In this document: positions 11,355 to 23,000 of the stretch, in pieces
Layout of the letters: every line of letters starts with the position of its first letter
Numbering within the stretch: the stretch's first letter is position 1
From: Abditibacteriaceae bacterium
GTDB lineage: Bacteria > Armatimonadota > Abditibacteriia > Abditibacteriales > Abditibacteriaceae
Direction: 5' to 3'
Length of the DNA stretch: 64,000 bases
Assembly (NCBI GenBank): GCA_965277285.1
Contig: OZ255721.1
Location: 288,001-352,000, forward strand
The notes under the pieces: model-generated
What the model was told of the DNA's origin: nothing
What the model saw: the letters and a program-made list of their open reading frames with translations, nothing else
The model's database searches: none
Translations under genes and position numbers: made by a program

Positions 11355-12278
11355 ATGGATTGGACGAAACGCTTGAATCAAGTCGCGGTGCGCTTGCCCT
11401 TAGCGGGCAGCATCGAGATTTTGAACTGGGCTTACGAGCCGCATTTATCCGACAACGTGCCACATCGCCACACGTATTTTGAAGTGTGTCAAATTGGAGC
11501 GCACGGTCGCGGCGAATTTCGCGTCGCAGGCCAACCGCACCCGATTTCTTCCGGCGACCTTTTCATCGCGCGTCCGGGCGTGGTGCATCAAATCGTCAAT
11601 ACGGTGCGTCCGAAAATAGAATTGTCGTGGGTTTGCTTCAGTTGGATGCCGGAAAGAAGTTCCGGTGAGAGCCTTCAATTGTTGCGCGCCTTCGCCGATT
11701 CGGATGTGCTCGTCGCGCGCGATGAAAACCGTTGCGTTGCTTCGATATGGCAAGCCTTGCGCGTGATTTCTGCCGTCGATGTCGCAATTGGACAAGAGCA
11801 ACAAATTCTCGCGCTTTCGTCCGCGCTCCTTTTAGCGATTGCGCAAAGCGGCGCTGAAGTTCAACCTTCGCTTTCTTTTACTTCAGAAAACAACGACGGC
11901 AGCCGCTTGACAAAACTCGCTACGCGCTACATTCACGATAATCTCAATCGGCGTCTGACAGTGGAAGAAATTGCGCAACAAGTTCATTTGTCGCCACGCC
12001 ATCTGACGCGCTTGATGCAGCAATTTACCGGCGTCGCGCCTGCCGCTTACATCGAACGCGCGCGCATGGACAGAGCGCGCGCTTTGCTGCTACATTCGAG
12101 TACTCAATTGAAGGAAATCGCGCGCGAAGTCGGTTACGCCGATGTGCATCATTTCACGCGAGTTTGCACGCGCGTCTGGGGACAATCGCCTGGCGTGTTG
12201 CGTGCGCAAGGCGAAAATGCGAACGGAGAAAACGCGGCTGATGTCCTAAATCGCCAAAAGGTGGGCGCGCTCGTCTAA
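11355..12278 (+). CDS. AraC-family transcriptional regulator (cupin plus HTH)
   Basis: HRHTYFE cupin motif; IAREVGYADVHHFTR HTH. Confidence 0.93.
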   Translation: MDWTKRLNQVAVRLPLAGSIEILNWAYEPHLSDNVPHRHTYFEVCQIGAHGRGEFRVAGQPHPISSGDLFIARPGVVHQIVNTVRPKIELSWVCFSWMPERSSGESLQLLRAFADSDVLVARDENRCVASIWQALRVISAVDVAIGQEQQILALSSALLLAIAQSGAEVQPSLSFTSENNDGSRLTKLATRYIHDNLNRRLTVEEIAQQVHLSPRHLTRLMQQFTGVAPAAYIERARMDRARALLLHSSTQLKEIAREVGYADVHHFTRVCTRVWGQSPGVLRAQGENANGENAADVLNRQKVGALV

Positions 12279-12343
12279 AGATTTGGCTTATCAACGCGGG
12301 TTATGATTTCTTTATCCGACGAGAACCAAAACGGAGGCGGGAA

Positions 12344-13144
12344 ATGTTGACGAACGAGCAAGTTGAGTTCTATCAGGAAGACGGTTACGTGTTGGTGGAA
12401 GGTTTGCTTTCACCCGAAGAAGCGGCGCATTTGCGTCAGGAAACGCACGATCTGGCCAACCGATTGGCCGAGAAAAATCGTGCCGAAGACGCGACATGGA
12501 AGAGTGCCAAAGAAGTTTCCGGCGGCGTGCAAACGCAACTCAAGCATTGTCACGATGTGCAGTTTTACAGCGCGGCCTTTGCGCGTCTGATTGTCGACGA
12601 GCGTTTGGTCGGCCCGGCTTCGCAGTGCATCGGCAGCGAAAATGTACAGTTGCATCACACCAAGATGTTTATCAAGCCGCCGGAAAAGGGTTCGCCATTT
12701 CCGATGCACCAGGACGTGCCATATTTTCCGCACGACAATCACAGCATGATCGCCGCGATTATTCACTTCGATGACGCGCCAATCGAAAAAGGCTGCTTGC
12801 GCGTCGTTCCGGGTTCTCACAAGATGGGGCCGATTCCACACGAAGGCAATTTTCATTTGCCCTTCGATCAGTATCCGCTTGAAAGCGCCGTGCCGCTGCC
12901 CGCCAAAGCTGGCGATGTCCTATTCTTTTCGTACTTGACGATTCACGGTTCGGGTATTAACCAAAGCAGCGAGGCGCGCACGACTTTACTGGTGCAAATG
13001 CGCGATCCTGCCGATAAGCCGAGCATTGATACGCACCATTCGCGCGGCCAGGGCATGATTCTGCGCGGCATCGACCCACTCACCGTGGAAGAAAATCTGC
13101 CCGAAACCGTCGGCGCCACGAATTCGATGGGCACAAGAATGTAA
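12344..13144 (+). CDS. Phytanoyl-CoA dioxygenase (PhyH) family 2OG-Fe(II) oxygenase
   Basis: FYQEDGYVLV, HQD, GCLRVVPGSH, HGSG.N.S..R. Confidence 0.92.
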   Translation: MLTNEQVEFYQEDGYVLVEGLLSPEEAAHLRQETHDLANRLAEKNRAEDATWKSAKEVSGGVQTQLKHCHDVQFYSAAFARLIVDERLVGPASQCIGSENVQLHHTKMFIKPPEKGSPFPMHQDVPYFPHDNHSMIAAIIHFDDAPIEKGCLRVVPGSHKMGPIPHEGNFHLPFDQYPLESAVPLPAKAGDVLFFSYLTIHGSGINQSSEARTTLLVQMRDPADKPSIDTHHSRGQGMILRGIDPLTVEENLPETVGATNSMGTRM

Positions 13145-13165
13145 GTTGCCGTTGTCGAATGAACT

Positions 13166-13204
13166 AAAAGCCGCATCGAGTTTCGAGTACTCGATGCGGC
13201 TTTT
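13166..13204. terminator. Bidirectional terminator; core is the reverse complement of 9711-9757
   Basis: aaaagccgcatcgagt-ttcgagt-actcgatgcggctttt between convergent genes. Confidence 0.85.
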
Positions 13205-13229
13205 CAGCTTGCGTTTCAACTATGTGAAT

Positions 13230-14666
13230 TCATGGTACCCGCGAGGCGAGCCAGAAGAGGCGCGCGGCGGCGCCATTAGCGAGCAGAGTTTTGACCAGAG
13301 GCCGATCTTTCACGGCCAAAGATTGATACTTCGGCTCTTGTGAACGTTCGGAAGCGTCGTAATCGGGCGCGATGGTTTGTTCTGTCATCTTTTCCCAATC
13401 GTTAAGTTGAGCATCGCCGATGGTATACAGGCGCATATTCCGCCAGTAGAAGCCATCGGTATCGCGCAAATGGTCGTAAGCGTAGCGCGCACTTCTTGTA
13501 ATCGCCACGCGCGCGTCAGCAGCTAACTTCGCATCGGGTGTGACCTGCGAGACTTGAAGCAGTCCGTCCGCCAGATAGTGGACAAAGTAAATTCCGTCCC
13601 AGAAGTATCGTTTGTCGGGGTCTGTGACTTTGGAATCGAACAACGCGCCGTCCTTGTTGAGAGCGGCACGCGCCAGTTTGGTCGCCATCGCCAGGCTCGC
13701 TGGATTTTTGGTCAGGCGATAATGCTCAATGTAGGCGCGCATCGGAATGCCGGTATTGTAAGTCCACTTGACGCGGCGCACATCCCATTTCGGCGGCGTC
13801 AGCGCGTCCATTATCAATCCGTCGGTGTCCTGCAAATGCGTTGTCAGCCAGGTCAGGACAGTTAATCCCCAATTCGTATAGAACTTGGTGTCCGCACCGG
13901 CGCGTGCGAGTACGAGAGCCGCCAGAGTGGAGCCAGCGGTGGACGAAGTGCCGCGATCTCCCGTGTTGGGTTTTGCGGGATCGCTTCCCCAATGCGTTCC
14001 GCCGGGCTTTCCTGTCGTATCGTAACCCTTGACGAGATAGTTCGCCATGACGCTTTTAGCGCGATCCAAATACTGCGCCGCGCGAATGGGATCGGTAGCA
14101 CGACACGCCATCGAAGCCTCCGCAAACACGAGCACAACCCACGCGTTGTCATCGTAATAAGCGTCGATGTTGCCTGGAAAATGCACCCACGAACTGTAGG
14201 CTCCAAGATCGGTGCTGTAGTATTGCTGCAGTCCGTCAAATACCATAGCAATCTGCTTGGTGTACTGTCCTGGATGGACCTTTTCCGCTTCGACCAGGGC
14301 GTGCATCCCAACCAAAGACGGCCACAACGTGTAGCCTCGGTCGTGCAGCGCATCGCTGGGCACGGTTTCCGAACTGAGAACTGGCGCGCGGAACATCTGA
14401 GAGCTTTTGTCCCAGAAAAGGCTCATGCTGGCTTGCGTCAAACGCTCGCCTTCCGCGCTGAACGACAATGTGCCTTTAGAAATTGTGGTCGTTGAGGGCG
14501 TTGGCGTCATGGTCGGCGTCGCGGACACCGGAAGCGCCGTGGAAGCCGCGGGTATTGAGGAGTCCGCGAGATCATCGTTTTTGCAACCATTTCCCAAGCT
14601 CAACGAAAGACCGGACGCCGCAATTACGCCCAGGAACTCTCTTCGATTCAGTCGCTCACGGCTCAT
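13230..14666 (-). CDS. Tat-exported GH76 family glycoside hydrolase
   Basis: NRREFL twin-arginine signal; YYDDNAW catalytic motif; WTYNTG. Confidence 0.85.
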   Translation of the reverse strand: MSRERLNRREFLGVIAASGLSLSLGNGCKNDDLADSSIPAASTALPVSATPTMTPTPSTTTISKGTLSFSAEGERLTQASMSLFWDKSSQMFRAPVLSSETVPSDALHDRGYTLWPSLVGMHALVEAEKVHPGQYTKQIAMVFDGLQQYYSTDLGAYSSWVHFPGNIDAYYDDNAWVVLVFAEASMACRATDPIRAAQYLDRAKSVMANYLVKGYDTTGKPGGTHWGSDPAKPNTGDRGTSSTAGSTLAALVLARAGADTKFYTNWGLTVLTWLTTHLQDTDGLIMDALTPPKWDVRRVKWTYNTGIPMRAYIEHYRLTKNPASLAMATKLARAALNKDGALFDSKVTDPDKRYFWDGIYFVHYLADGLLQVSQVTPDAKLAADARVAITRSARYAYDHLRDTDGFYWRNMRLYTIGDAQLNDWEKMTEQTIAPDYDASERSQEPKYQSLAVKDRPLVKTLLANGAAARLFWLASRVP

Positions 14667-14854
14667 CAGATGGTAACTCCTTCAGTGGCTTATCGTGCGA
14701 CTTCAAGAAACGTTGTTGCCAAGCATAAACACGTCAATTAAGGCAGAAATGACGTATTAAAGCTGAGATTGACTTATAGCAGAATGGGGAAGATTGTTTG
14801 CGCAGTTTAACTGACGCGCCAAACTACGCGATGCGCGCGGGTTATAATTTTCGC

Positions 14855-15859
14855 ATGACATCAGACAGAAGTACGACACCAACGAACAATTCAATTCTCC
14901 ATCAGGCACGGCAGATTTTTGAAATTGAAAGCCAGGCGATTGCGCAATTGAGTACTCGATTGGACGCGCAATTTGAACGCGCCGTGCAACTCGTGCTGGA
15001 TTGTCGCGGGCGCGTTGTTGTGACTGGCATTGGGAAAAGCGGCGCGATTGGGCGCAAAATCGCCTCGACTTTCGCATCGACCGGAACGCCCAGCTTGTTT
15101 CTTCATGCAGCCGAAGGCTTGCACGGCGATTTGGGAATGGTCGCGCCCGGCGATGTTCTGGTGGCCATTTCCTACGCGGGACGCACGCCGGATTTACTTT
15201 CGATTTTGCCGGTCGTGCGCGACATGAAAGTGCCGATTATCGCCATTACGGGCAAGCGCGATTCACTTTTGGCGACCGAATCGGACATCGTTTTGGATGT
15301 CAGCGTCGAGCGCGAAGCGTGTCCATTGAACTTGGCGCCGACGAGTTCGACAACCGCGAGTCTGGCGATGGGCGATGCGCTGGCGATTTGCGCGATGACG
15401 GTGCGCGGCTGGTCACACGACGATTTCGCGCGCTTTCATCCCGGCGGAACGCTGGGCAAAACTTCCAAGCTACGCGTCGAAGAATTGATGCGCACCGGCC
15501 AACGCTTGGCGATTGTCCTCGCAAACGCGACAATGCGCGAAGTTCTCAAAGCAATTACGCACGCGCAAAGCGGCGCCGCGGTTGTTGTCGACGCCAATCG
15601 AGTACTCGTTGGCTACATTACGGACGGCGATGTGCGGCGCCATCTATTGAACTGCGATAACGCCGAAGATTGGCTTCGTTCGGATGTACAATCCAATATG
15701 ACGCGTTCGCCTTTGTCATTCGCGCCGCCGATGATGGCGATTGACGCGTTGCGCGCCTTGCAAGAACGCGGCGTCGATGACGCTCCGGTCGTCGATGAAA
15801 ACAATCATCCGGTCGGCGTTTTAGATGTGCAGGAACTTTTGCGCGCCGGTTTGGTTTGA
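14855..15859 (+). CDS. kdsD: Arabinose-5-phosphate isomerase (KpsF/GutQ family, SIS plus CBS domains)
   Basis: GIGKSG, HGDLG, REACPLNLAPTSST, FHPGG; ATG at 14855 follows TATAAT. Confidence 0.92.
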   Translation: MTSDRSTTPTNNSILHQARQIFEIESQAIAQLSTRLDAQFERAVQLVLDCRGRVVVTGIGKSGAIGRKIASTFASTGTPSLFLHAAEGLHGDLGMVAPGDVLVAISYAGRTPDLLSILPVVRDMKVPIIAITGKRDSLLATESDIVLDVSVEREACPLNLAPTSSTTASLAMGDALAICAMTVRGWSHDDFARFHPGGTLGKTSKLRVEELMRTGQRLAIVLANATMREVLKAITHAQSGAAVVVDANRVLVGYITDGDVRRHLLNCDNAEDWLRSDVQSNMTRSPLSFAPPMMAIDALRALQERGVDDAPVVDENNHPVGVLDVQELLRAGLV

Positions 15860-15868
15860 ATCGTGAGA

Positions 15869-15970
15869 GTTACGCGGACTTCGTTCGCAAAAACGGCGCG
15901 ACTTGGGCGCGATTTTCGTTAAAAAAGTCGTGTTTCTTTGCGCCGTGTTTGCGAACGAAGTCCACGTAAC
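15869..15970. repeat. Long inverted repeat (31-bp arms, 2 mismatches), REPIN-like
   Basis: gttacgcggacttcgttcgcaaaaacggcgc ... gcgccgtgtttgcgaacgaagtccacgtaac. Confidence 0.8.
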
Positions 15971-15995
15971 CATCGCAAAGAGAACGAAGCCGTTT

Positions 15996-16004
15996 TGCTA
16001 TAAT
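15996..16004 (+). promoter_or_regulatory. Extended -10 promoter element for thiC
   Basis: TGcTATAAT 42 nt upstream of the ATG; GAGGAG SD. Confidence 0.6.
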
Positions 16005-16034
16005 CAAAGGGTTGTTTTGCTCTTTTAACTTTGA

Positions 16035-17438
<1,404 letters not shown>

Positions 17439-17444
17439 AAACCG

Positions 17445-17478
17445 AAAAGCCTGCATCAGTGACGATGCAGGCTTTTTC
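17445..17478 (+). terminator. Intrinsic terminator after thiC
   Basis: gaaaagcctgcatc-agtgac-gatgcaggcttttt. Confidence 0.85.
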
Positions 17479-17522
17479 TGATTCTTGTCTTGGTCAAAGT
17501 GCTATGAAATCGAGTACTCGAT

Positions 17523-18317
17523 ATGACTGCCTACCAAATCGAGCCGGAATTGTTGCGAGGAACTCCGCGCGTTTTGAAACGGCGCGGCAGCGGCGCGTTT
17601 ATGAACGGATGTGGTGTTGTACTTTCTGCGCCACTAACAACAATTGGTTTAATTGTTTTCTTGTGTTTGCTTTACAGCACGGTGAGTTTGCCATTTCATC
17701 CACTTCTGCCCGCACAAGTAACTTCTCGAAAGACGCTGAAGCGTGATGGCGACTTGACTTATTATTTGGCATACAAGTACCGTTATGGAAATGTCTGGCT
17801 TCACAACAAACGAGCCGTCAGTCTTCAGGATTACCAAACTACTCAAGTGGGAAGTCGCGTCCATGCGAAACGGTTGCCACCGTTCCATGATGAACAACTG
17901 GTAATGCCAAACGGCAATGCTTATCCTTCTTTCTCGACTTTGTATGGGCCGCGATGGTATCTCACTATCGTGCTGAACATATGTTTTGCGACTTTTTTGT
18001 GGGCTTCGTGGATACTGCCGCGACGCCGCAAGGCACTGGTTGAACTCGGCATTCCAGTGGAAGGCCGGATCTACGGTAAAACAGAAGGCCATGCACGAGG
18101 CTCAGGTCCGAAAATCCATTACCAGTATTCTGTACACGAAACGCCAGGCTTGAGTTCTACGACGCAACAGCCGGAAACCCACTTTGGATATATGGAAGTC
18201 AGCAATTCTGAGTACAACGCCGCAGTTAAAGGCGATGCCGTTACCGTTTTATATGATGTAAAAAACCCAAAGAGCAGCCTAATGTACCGCTACGCCGATT
18301 ACGAAGTCGTTGCTTGA
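17523..18317 (+). CDS. Membrane protein, DUF3592-like (tandem copy 1)
   Basis: QIEPELLRGTPR start, TM helices, G..VTVLYD..NP.SS C-terminus. Confidence 0.7.
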   Translation: MTAYQIEPELLRGTPRVLKRRGSGAFMNGCGVVLSAPLTTIGLIVFLCLLYSTVSLPFHPLLPAQVTSRKTLKRDGDLTYYLAYKYRYGNVWLHNKRAVSLQDYQTTQVGSRVHAKRLPPFHDEQLVMPNGNAYPSFSTLYGPRWYLTIVLNICFATFLWASWILPRRRKALVELGIPVEGRIYGKTEGHARGSGPKIHYQYSVHETPGLSSTTQQPETHFGYMEVSNSEYNAAVKGDAVTVLYDVKNPKSSLMYRYADYEVVA

Positions 18318-18339
18318 ATTCAGCGCAATCGAGTACTCA

Positions 18340-18990
18340 ATGAATACACCTTTGGCCAATTCCCATCAAATTGAACCAGAATTATTGCGCGGCACGCCGC
18401 GTCCTGTGCACTCCATAGGGGGAGGAATCATTGAGAGATATGGTCGCATCTTCCTTGTTCCGCTCATTTTGACTGGCATCGCCAGTTTGCTGGCGGCTAT
18501 TTTGACGGCAGTCGGCGTGCTGTACGCACAACTTTCGGGCGCGAACGGGCACAAGATCCCCATACCGTCTTGGGATATTCCGTCGATGCTGAGTTACGGC
18601 TTCGTCGGACTTTTAGTGTGGCAATTCTACGTGCCGGCCGCCCGAGCACGCAAGTTGGTGGAAAGAGGCGTGCCAACCGTTGGACGTATCACGAACAAGA
18701 CAATAGCAGGCGATGGTGCGGAAGGTAGTGATGTTTATTATCTGCACTACGAATATGCGCCCATCGAATACGCGACGAACGGCCCGAAACTGCAAGGCAA
18801 TGCCTTCGCGTCGCAATCTTCGACGTTTTCTTCGCAGCCTCTCGCGTCAACGTTCAAAGGAAAAACGGCCTTGAGCGAGAAAATATACAATGCGATACAA
18901 ACCGGCAGTACCGTGACTGTTTTGTTCGATGCAAATCATCCTGAGCGCAGCCTGCTTTATCGCTTTGCCAACTACAAAGTCGCTGCTTGA
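18340..18990 (+). CDS. Membrane protein, DUF3592-like (tandem copy 2)
   Basis: Paralog of 17523-18317 (QIEPELLRGTPR; GSTVTVLFDANHPERSLLYRFANYKVAA); ATG directly at a palindrome variant. Confidence 0.7.
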   Translation: MNTPLANSHQIEPELLRGTPRPVHSIGGGIIERYGRIFLVPLILTGIASLLAAILTAVGVLYAQLSGANGHKIPIPSWDIPSMLSYGFVGLLVWQFYVPAARARKLVERGVPTVGRITNKTIAGDGAEGSDVYYLHYEYAPIEYATNGPKLQGNAFASQSSTFSSQPLASTFKGKTALSEKIYNAIQTGSTVTVLFDANHPERSLLYRFANYKVAA

Positions 18991-19012
18991 ACTCAGCGCA
19001 ATCGAGTACTCG

Positions 19013-19180
19013 ATGAACACACTTTTGGCCAACGCACACCAAATCGAGCCGGAATTGTCATGCGCTATACCATGTGCGTAACACAATAATAAAGACGAAA
19101 ATTGTTAACAATTGTCAGCGTATCTTCCTTGTGCCATTCATTTTGACTGGCATCGGTCTTTTGCTGATGGCGCTTTTTGA
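19013..19180 (+). pseudogene. Degenerate third copy of the DUF3592-like gene
   Basis: atgaacacacttttggccaacgcacaccaaatcgagccggaattg and cgtatcttccttgtgccattcattttgactggcatc match the 5' part of copy 2, but the frame is broken and the copy is truncated. Confidence 0.75.
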
Positions 19181-19283
19181 TTTTTGCTCGGTCGAGCATT
19201 CTTTGAAATCGGTGCGGCGCGCCGATGTCTATCAACGCAGAGAATTCGAGTACTCGATTCGCGCACTTGTTAAACTATCGCGC

Positions 19284-22200
19284 GTGGTTCCTGTTTCCCT
19301 TCATCTCACTAACTTTCTTTCTTACGCCAGTCCCGCCGCGCCGCTCGATTTCACGGGTTTCCAGACCGCGTGTTTGTGCGGCAATAATGGTCATGGAAAA
19401 TCCGCTTTGCTCGATGCCCTGACGTGGGCGATGTGGGGCAAGGCGCGCATGCAAACGCCGCAGCTCCTGCGTATCGGCGCGGGAGAAATGCGCGTCGAGT
19501 TCGTCTTCGATTTGGATGGCGAACGGTATCGCATCGTGCGCGGCTGGACGAAAAACAAGCGCGGCGGCACGCCTTTGCTCGAATTCAATGTCGCCGATGC
19601 GCAAAGCGGACTTTTTCGCGCGCTGACCTCTTCTTCCACGACCGAAACGCAGACGATTCTCAACAACCTCCTGCGCATGGATTACGAGACGTTCATCAAT
19701 TCGGCCTACCTCAAGCAAGGCATGGCCGATGTGTTTTCGCGCCAGATGCCAGGCCAGCGCAAGCAAATCCTCGCCGAGATTTTGGGATTGAGCCGCTATC
19801 AGGAAATCGCCGAACAGGCGCGCACCGAAATGCGCCAGAAAGACACGATTGTGGCGCAGTTGGAAGGTCAGATCGAGGCGATTGAAAAGTATCTTTCAGG
19901 CCGCGAGGAAGCGCAGCGTTCGCACGATTTTTATGACGATGCCTTGAAGAAACTGCGCCCAAAAATCGACAGGCTGGACGAGCAAATCCGCGAATTGAAC
20001 GCGCGCAAAGTTCGCTTGGACGAGTCGCGCAAAAGAGCCGAAAGCATTGCCGGAGAAGTCGCGCTGGAAACGCGCAAGCGCGACGAATTGCTCAAGGCGC
20101 GCGGCAAACTGCTGGCGCAACAAGCCGAACTCGAGGAATGGCAGGCGCAAAGCACGATTATCATCGAGAATTACGACCATTTTCGCGCGGCGGAAGAAGA
20201 GCGCCGCAAATGGGAAGCGGTCAAGGACAAATACGACGCGCTGGGCGAAAGCTATCGCGCCTTGAACGAAAGAGTCCGCGAAATGTCGCGCCATTTGGAA
20301 GCGCAACGCAGCGATTTGCAAACGCAACTGGCGCATCACAATCGAGTACTTGAAAGCGCGCAAAACAAAGTCGCGGGCGCCTCCGAAGTCCAAAAAGGCG
20401 CGCAGGAATTGCAATCGGCGCGCGAAGAAGAAGCGCGTCTGGGCGAGCAACGAGCGGCTTTCGACCGCGCCACGCGCCAACTCGACGAAGCGCAAAACGC
20501 TCTGCGCGCGGCGCGCAATTCCCTCGATGTCGAGCTGCATAAAACCCAGAACCAGATCGCCGAACTTGAACAAATCGCGGCGCGCAAAGAAAACGCTTAT
20601 CGAGTACTCGAAAGCGCGCGCGCTCAGGTCGAAAAGCTGCATCAGGCGCAGAAAATTGTCGATGAATCGCAGGAAGAACGCTTGCAGATTCAGGCGCGCA
20701 TCGAACAATTGAAGCAGCAAGTCGAAGCCGGCAAAGCCGAAACTGCGGCGCAAGAACAAAAGTTGCGCGTTCTGCTGGCCAATCCGCAGGCGCAATGTCC
20801 GCTTTGCGAAACGTCTTTGGGCGAGCACGGGCGCGAGCACATTCAGGAAAACATCGAAGACGAAATCCTCAAGTTGAAGGATTTGATTGAGGAATACACG
20901 CAGGAAGCGCGGCTTTTGAAAAAGAAAAAAGACGCGCTTGATGAACCCGCGAATGCCGCACGCGCGGTCTTGAACCTGGCGCAAAAATATCACGCGCAGG
21001 AAGCCAACGCCAAAGCTGAAACCGAGCGCATCGAAGACGCCGCGCGTCGCCTGCAACCGTTGTGCAAGGAGGCCGCAACGCTGCAAGCGCAAATCGAAAG
21101 CGGCGATTTCGCGCCCGAATTGCAAAGCCGTTTGAAAAGTTCGCAAGCCGATTTAGCCAATATCGAGTACTCGAATCAGGCGCACGAAGCGGCTGCGCGC
21201 CGCGTCCGCGAACTATCGCGCTTTGAACGAGAAATCGCCGCCGTGCGCCTGGCCGAAGAACAAATCGCCGACGCGCAAGGCCACATCGCCGACCTGGAGC
21301 CGCGACTTCAATCCATCGAAAGCGATTTGGAAAGCGGCGAATACGCGCGCGACGAACGCCGCGAACTGGCGCGTTTGAAAGCGCAGGCCGAAGCGTTGGG
21401 ATTCGATGGCGCCGCCAAAGACGCTTTGAGAACAGCGCGCGAAACTTCGGAACGCTTGCAAAACGCGACCGCGCGCTACGAGAAATATAAGAGCGTTCTA
21501 TCGCGCTGCGGCGATCTGGAAAACGATCTGGCGCAAAGCGTTCGCGTACTCGAAGAACACGAGGAACGCTTGCGCAATTTGCAAAGGGAAAGCGACGCTT
21601 TGCGCAATGTGGCGGCGGAAATGACGACCTGCGAGCGTTCGCTGCGCGAATATGGAACGGAAATCGACGAGGCGCGCCAAAACGAGCTCGAACTTTCCGC
21701 CGCGCTGGGCGGACAAATCAACTTTCTGGAAGAATGCAATCGCCGCGACGCCGAGCGCATCCAACTGGACGAACGTCGCAAAGATGCGCAGCGCGAAGCC
21801 TTCATCTTGAAGCGCACCAGCGAAGCCTTTGGCAAAGACGGCATTCAAGCCTTGATTATCGAAAACGCGATCCCCGAAATCCAGGACGACGCGAACACGA
21901 TTCTGCGCCGCCTGACGCACAACACGATGCAGATTTCGCTCGAATCGCAGCGCGAAAAGCAAAGCGGCGGCACGCGCGAAACCCTCGACATCAAAATCAG
22001 CGACGACCGCGGCACGCGCGAATACGGCTTGTTCTCCGGCGGCGAGGCATTTCGCGCCGATTTCGCCTTACGCATCGCTTTGTCGAAACTGCTGGCGCGC
22101 CGCGCCGGAACGCAGTTGCGCACTTTGATCATCGACGAAGGTTTCGGCACCCAGGACAGCGACGGCTTGCAGCAAATGATCGAGTGCATTCAGGCAATTT

Positions 22201-22325
22201 CCGACGACTTTTCCAAAGTCCTCGTCGTCACGCACATGGACGCCATCAAAAACGCTTTCCCGACGCGCATCGAAATCGTCAAAGAACCGGATACGGGTTC
22301 GAGTTATCAAGTGATTTCCAGTTGA
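19284..22325 (+). CDS. sbcC: SbcC/Rad50-like SMC ATPase
   Basis: GTG start VPVSLHLTNFLSY; GNNGHGKS Walker A; CPLC zinc hook; FSGGE signature; IIDEGFG Walker B. Confidence 0.92.
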   Translation: MVPVSLHLTNFLSYASPAAPLDFTGFQTACLCGNNGHGKSALLDALTWAMWGKARMQTPQLLRIGAGEMRVEFVFDLDGERYRIVRGWTKNKRGGTPLLEFNVADAQSGLFRALTSSSTTETQTILNNLLRMDYETFINSAYLKQGMADVFSRQMPGQRKQILAEILGLSRYQEIAEQARTEMRQKDTIVAQLEGQIEAIEKYLSGREEAQRSHDFYDDALKKLRPKIDRLDEQIRELNARKVRLDESRKRAESIAGEVALETRKRDELLKARGKLLAQQAELEEWQAQSTIIIENYDHFRAAEEERRKWEAVKDKYDALGESYRALNERVREMSRHLEAQRSDLQTQLAHHNRVLESAQNKVAGASEVQKGAQELQSAREEEARLGEQRAAFDRATRQLDEAQNALRAARNSLDVELHKTQNQIAELEQIAARKENAYRVLESARAQVEKLHQAQKIVDESQEERLQIQARIEQLKQQVEAGKAETAAQEQKLRVLLANPQAQCPLCETSLGEHGREHIQENIEDEILKLKDLIEEYTQEARLLKKKKDALDEPANAARAVLNLAQKYHAQEANAKAETERIEDAARRLQPLCKEAATLQAQIESGDFAPELQSRLKSSQADLANIEYSNQAHEAAARRVRELSRFEREIAAVRLAEEQIADAQGHIADLEPRLQSIESDLESGEYARDERRELARLKAQAEALGFDGAAKDALRTARETSERLQNATARYEKYKSVLSRCGDLENDLAQSVRVLEEHEERLRNLQRESDALRNVAAEMTTCERSLREYGTEIDEARQNELELSAALGGQINFLEECNRRDAERIQLDERRKDAQREAFILKRTSEAFGKDGIQALIIENAIPEIQDDANTILRRLTHNTMQISLESQREKQSGGTRETLDIKISDDRGTREYGLFSGGEAFRADFALRIALSKLLARRAGTQLRTLIIDEGFGTQDSDGLQQMIECIQAISDDFSKVLVVTHMDAIKNAFPTRIEIVKEPDTGSSYQVISS

Positions 22326-22362
22326 ATTGAGTCCTCAATTAAATGACGTTTGGTGATATAAA

Positions 22363-22722
22363 ATGCAAGAAATTGGTGGAGATTGGCGCACCGTTTTGAA
22401 GCGCGAATTCGATGGTGAGGAAGGAACGTTTACGTCTGAAATCCGCTGTGGAAAAGGTTGGGACAAAGAGGCACATTTACAGCTTTTTCGCGCCATGATT
22501 GAATGTTGCAAAGCGCACGAAGGACAAGGAAGTGTTGAGAGATGGATAGCAGCAGGCTTTTGGTGGCTTGACTGGTATCCGCGCCAAATCATCGAAAGGC
22601 TTTCTGAACAAGAGAACCTGGATTACTACGTCAATGCAATTACAAATTTCAACCACTTGTCCCATTGGCTTTTTAACGGTGAGGGACGAGCAGAAGACGA
22701 GTTCGAGACGTTTACAAGATAA
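22363..22722 (+). CDS. Hypothetical protein (AT-richer orphan)
   Basis: 119 aa ORF filling the gap after sbcC. Confidence 0.65.
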   Translation: MQEIGGDWRTVLKREFDGEEGTFTSEIRCGKGWDKEAHLQLFRAMIECCKAHEGQGSVERWIAAGFWWLDWYPRQIIERLSEQENLDYYVNAITNFNHLSHWLFNGEGRAEDEFETFTR

Positions 22723-22823
22723 GTAGAAAGTCGCTAATCGAGTACTCGATTCTTCTCTGCGCCTCCGCGTTTTTGCGGTGAATTTTCCTCCGCAAAGATT
22801 TAACATTTCAACGATGAAACCAC

Positions 22824-22852
22824 TTGATAAATCGCGCGTCTTGGGGTAAGAT
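22824..22852 (+). promoter_or_regulatory. Sigma70-type promoter
   Basis: TTGATA-17 nt-TAAGAT. Confidence 0.6.
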
Positions 22853-22858
22853 TTGCAG

Positions 22859-23000
22859 TCCGCAAGATGATTTTTGTTGGACGTAAATGCTGGACAAAAA
22901 CCGAACAAGCCGCACAGTAGCGAACGCTACAACGCAAGTCACACTGGGGGCCTAACTCGCACGAGCGGGGATTAGTCCCGAACTGGTGTGGCTTTTTCTT
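22859..23000 (+). ncRNA. Candidate structured leader RNA or sRNA upstream of speD
   Basis: Downstream of the promoter; gtagc-gaac-gctac hairpin followed by a long gtcacac...gtgtggc stem ending in ttttt. Confidence 0.35.

Noticed and set aside
19074..19283. N-terminal membrane extension on SbcC in the ORF track
   Set aside because: It derives from the decayed DUF3592-like copy; SbcC homology and a -10 box point to GTG 19284
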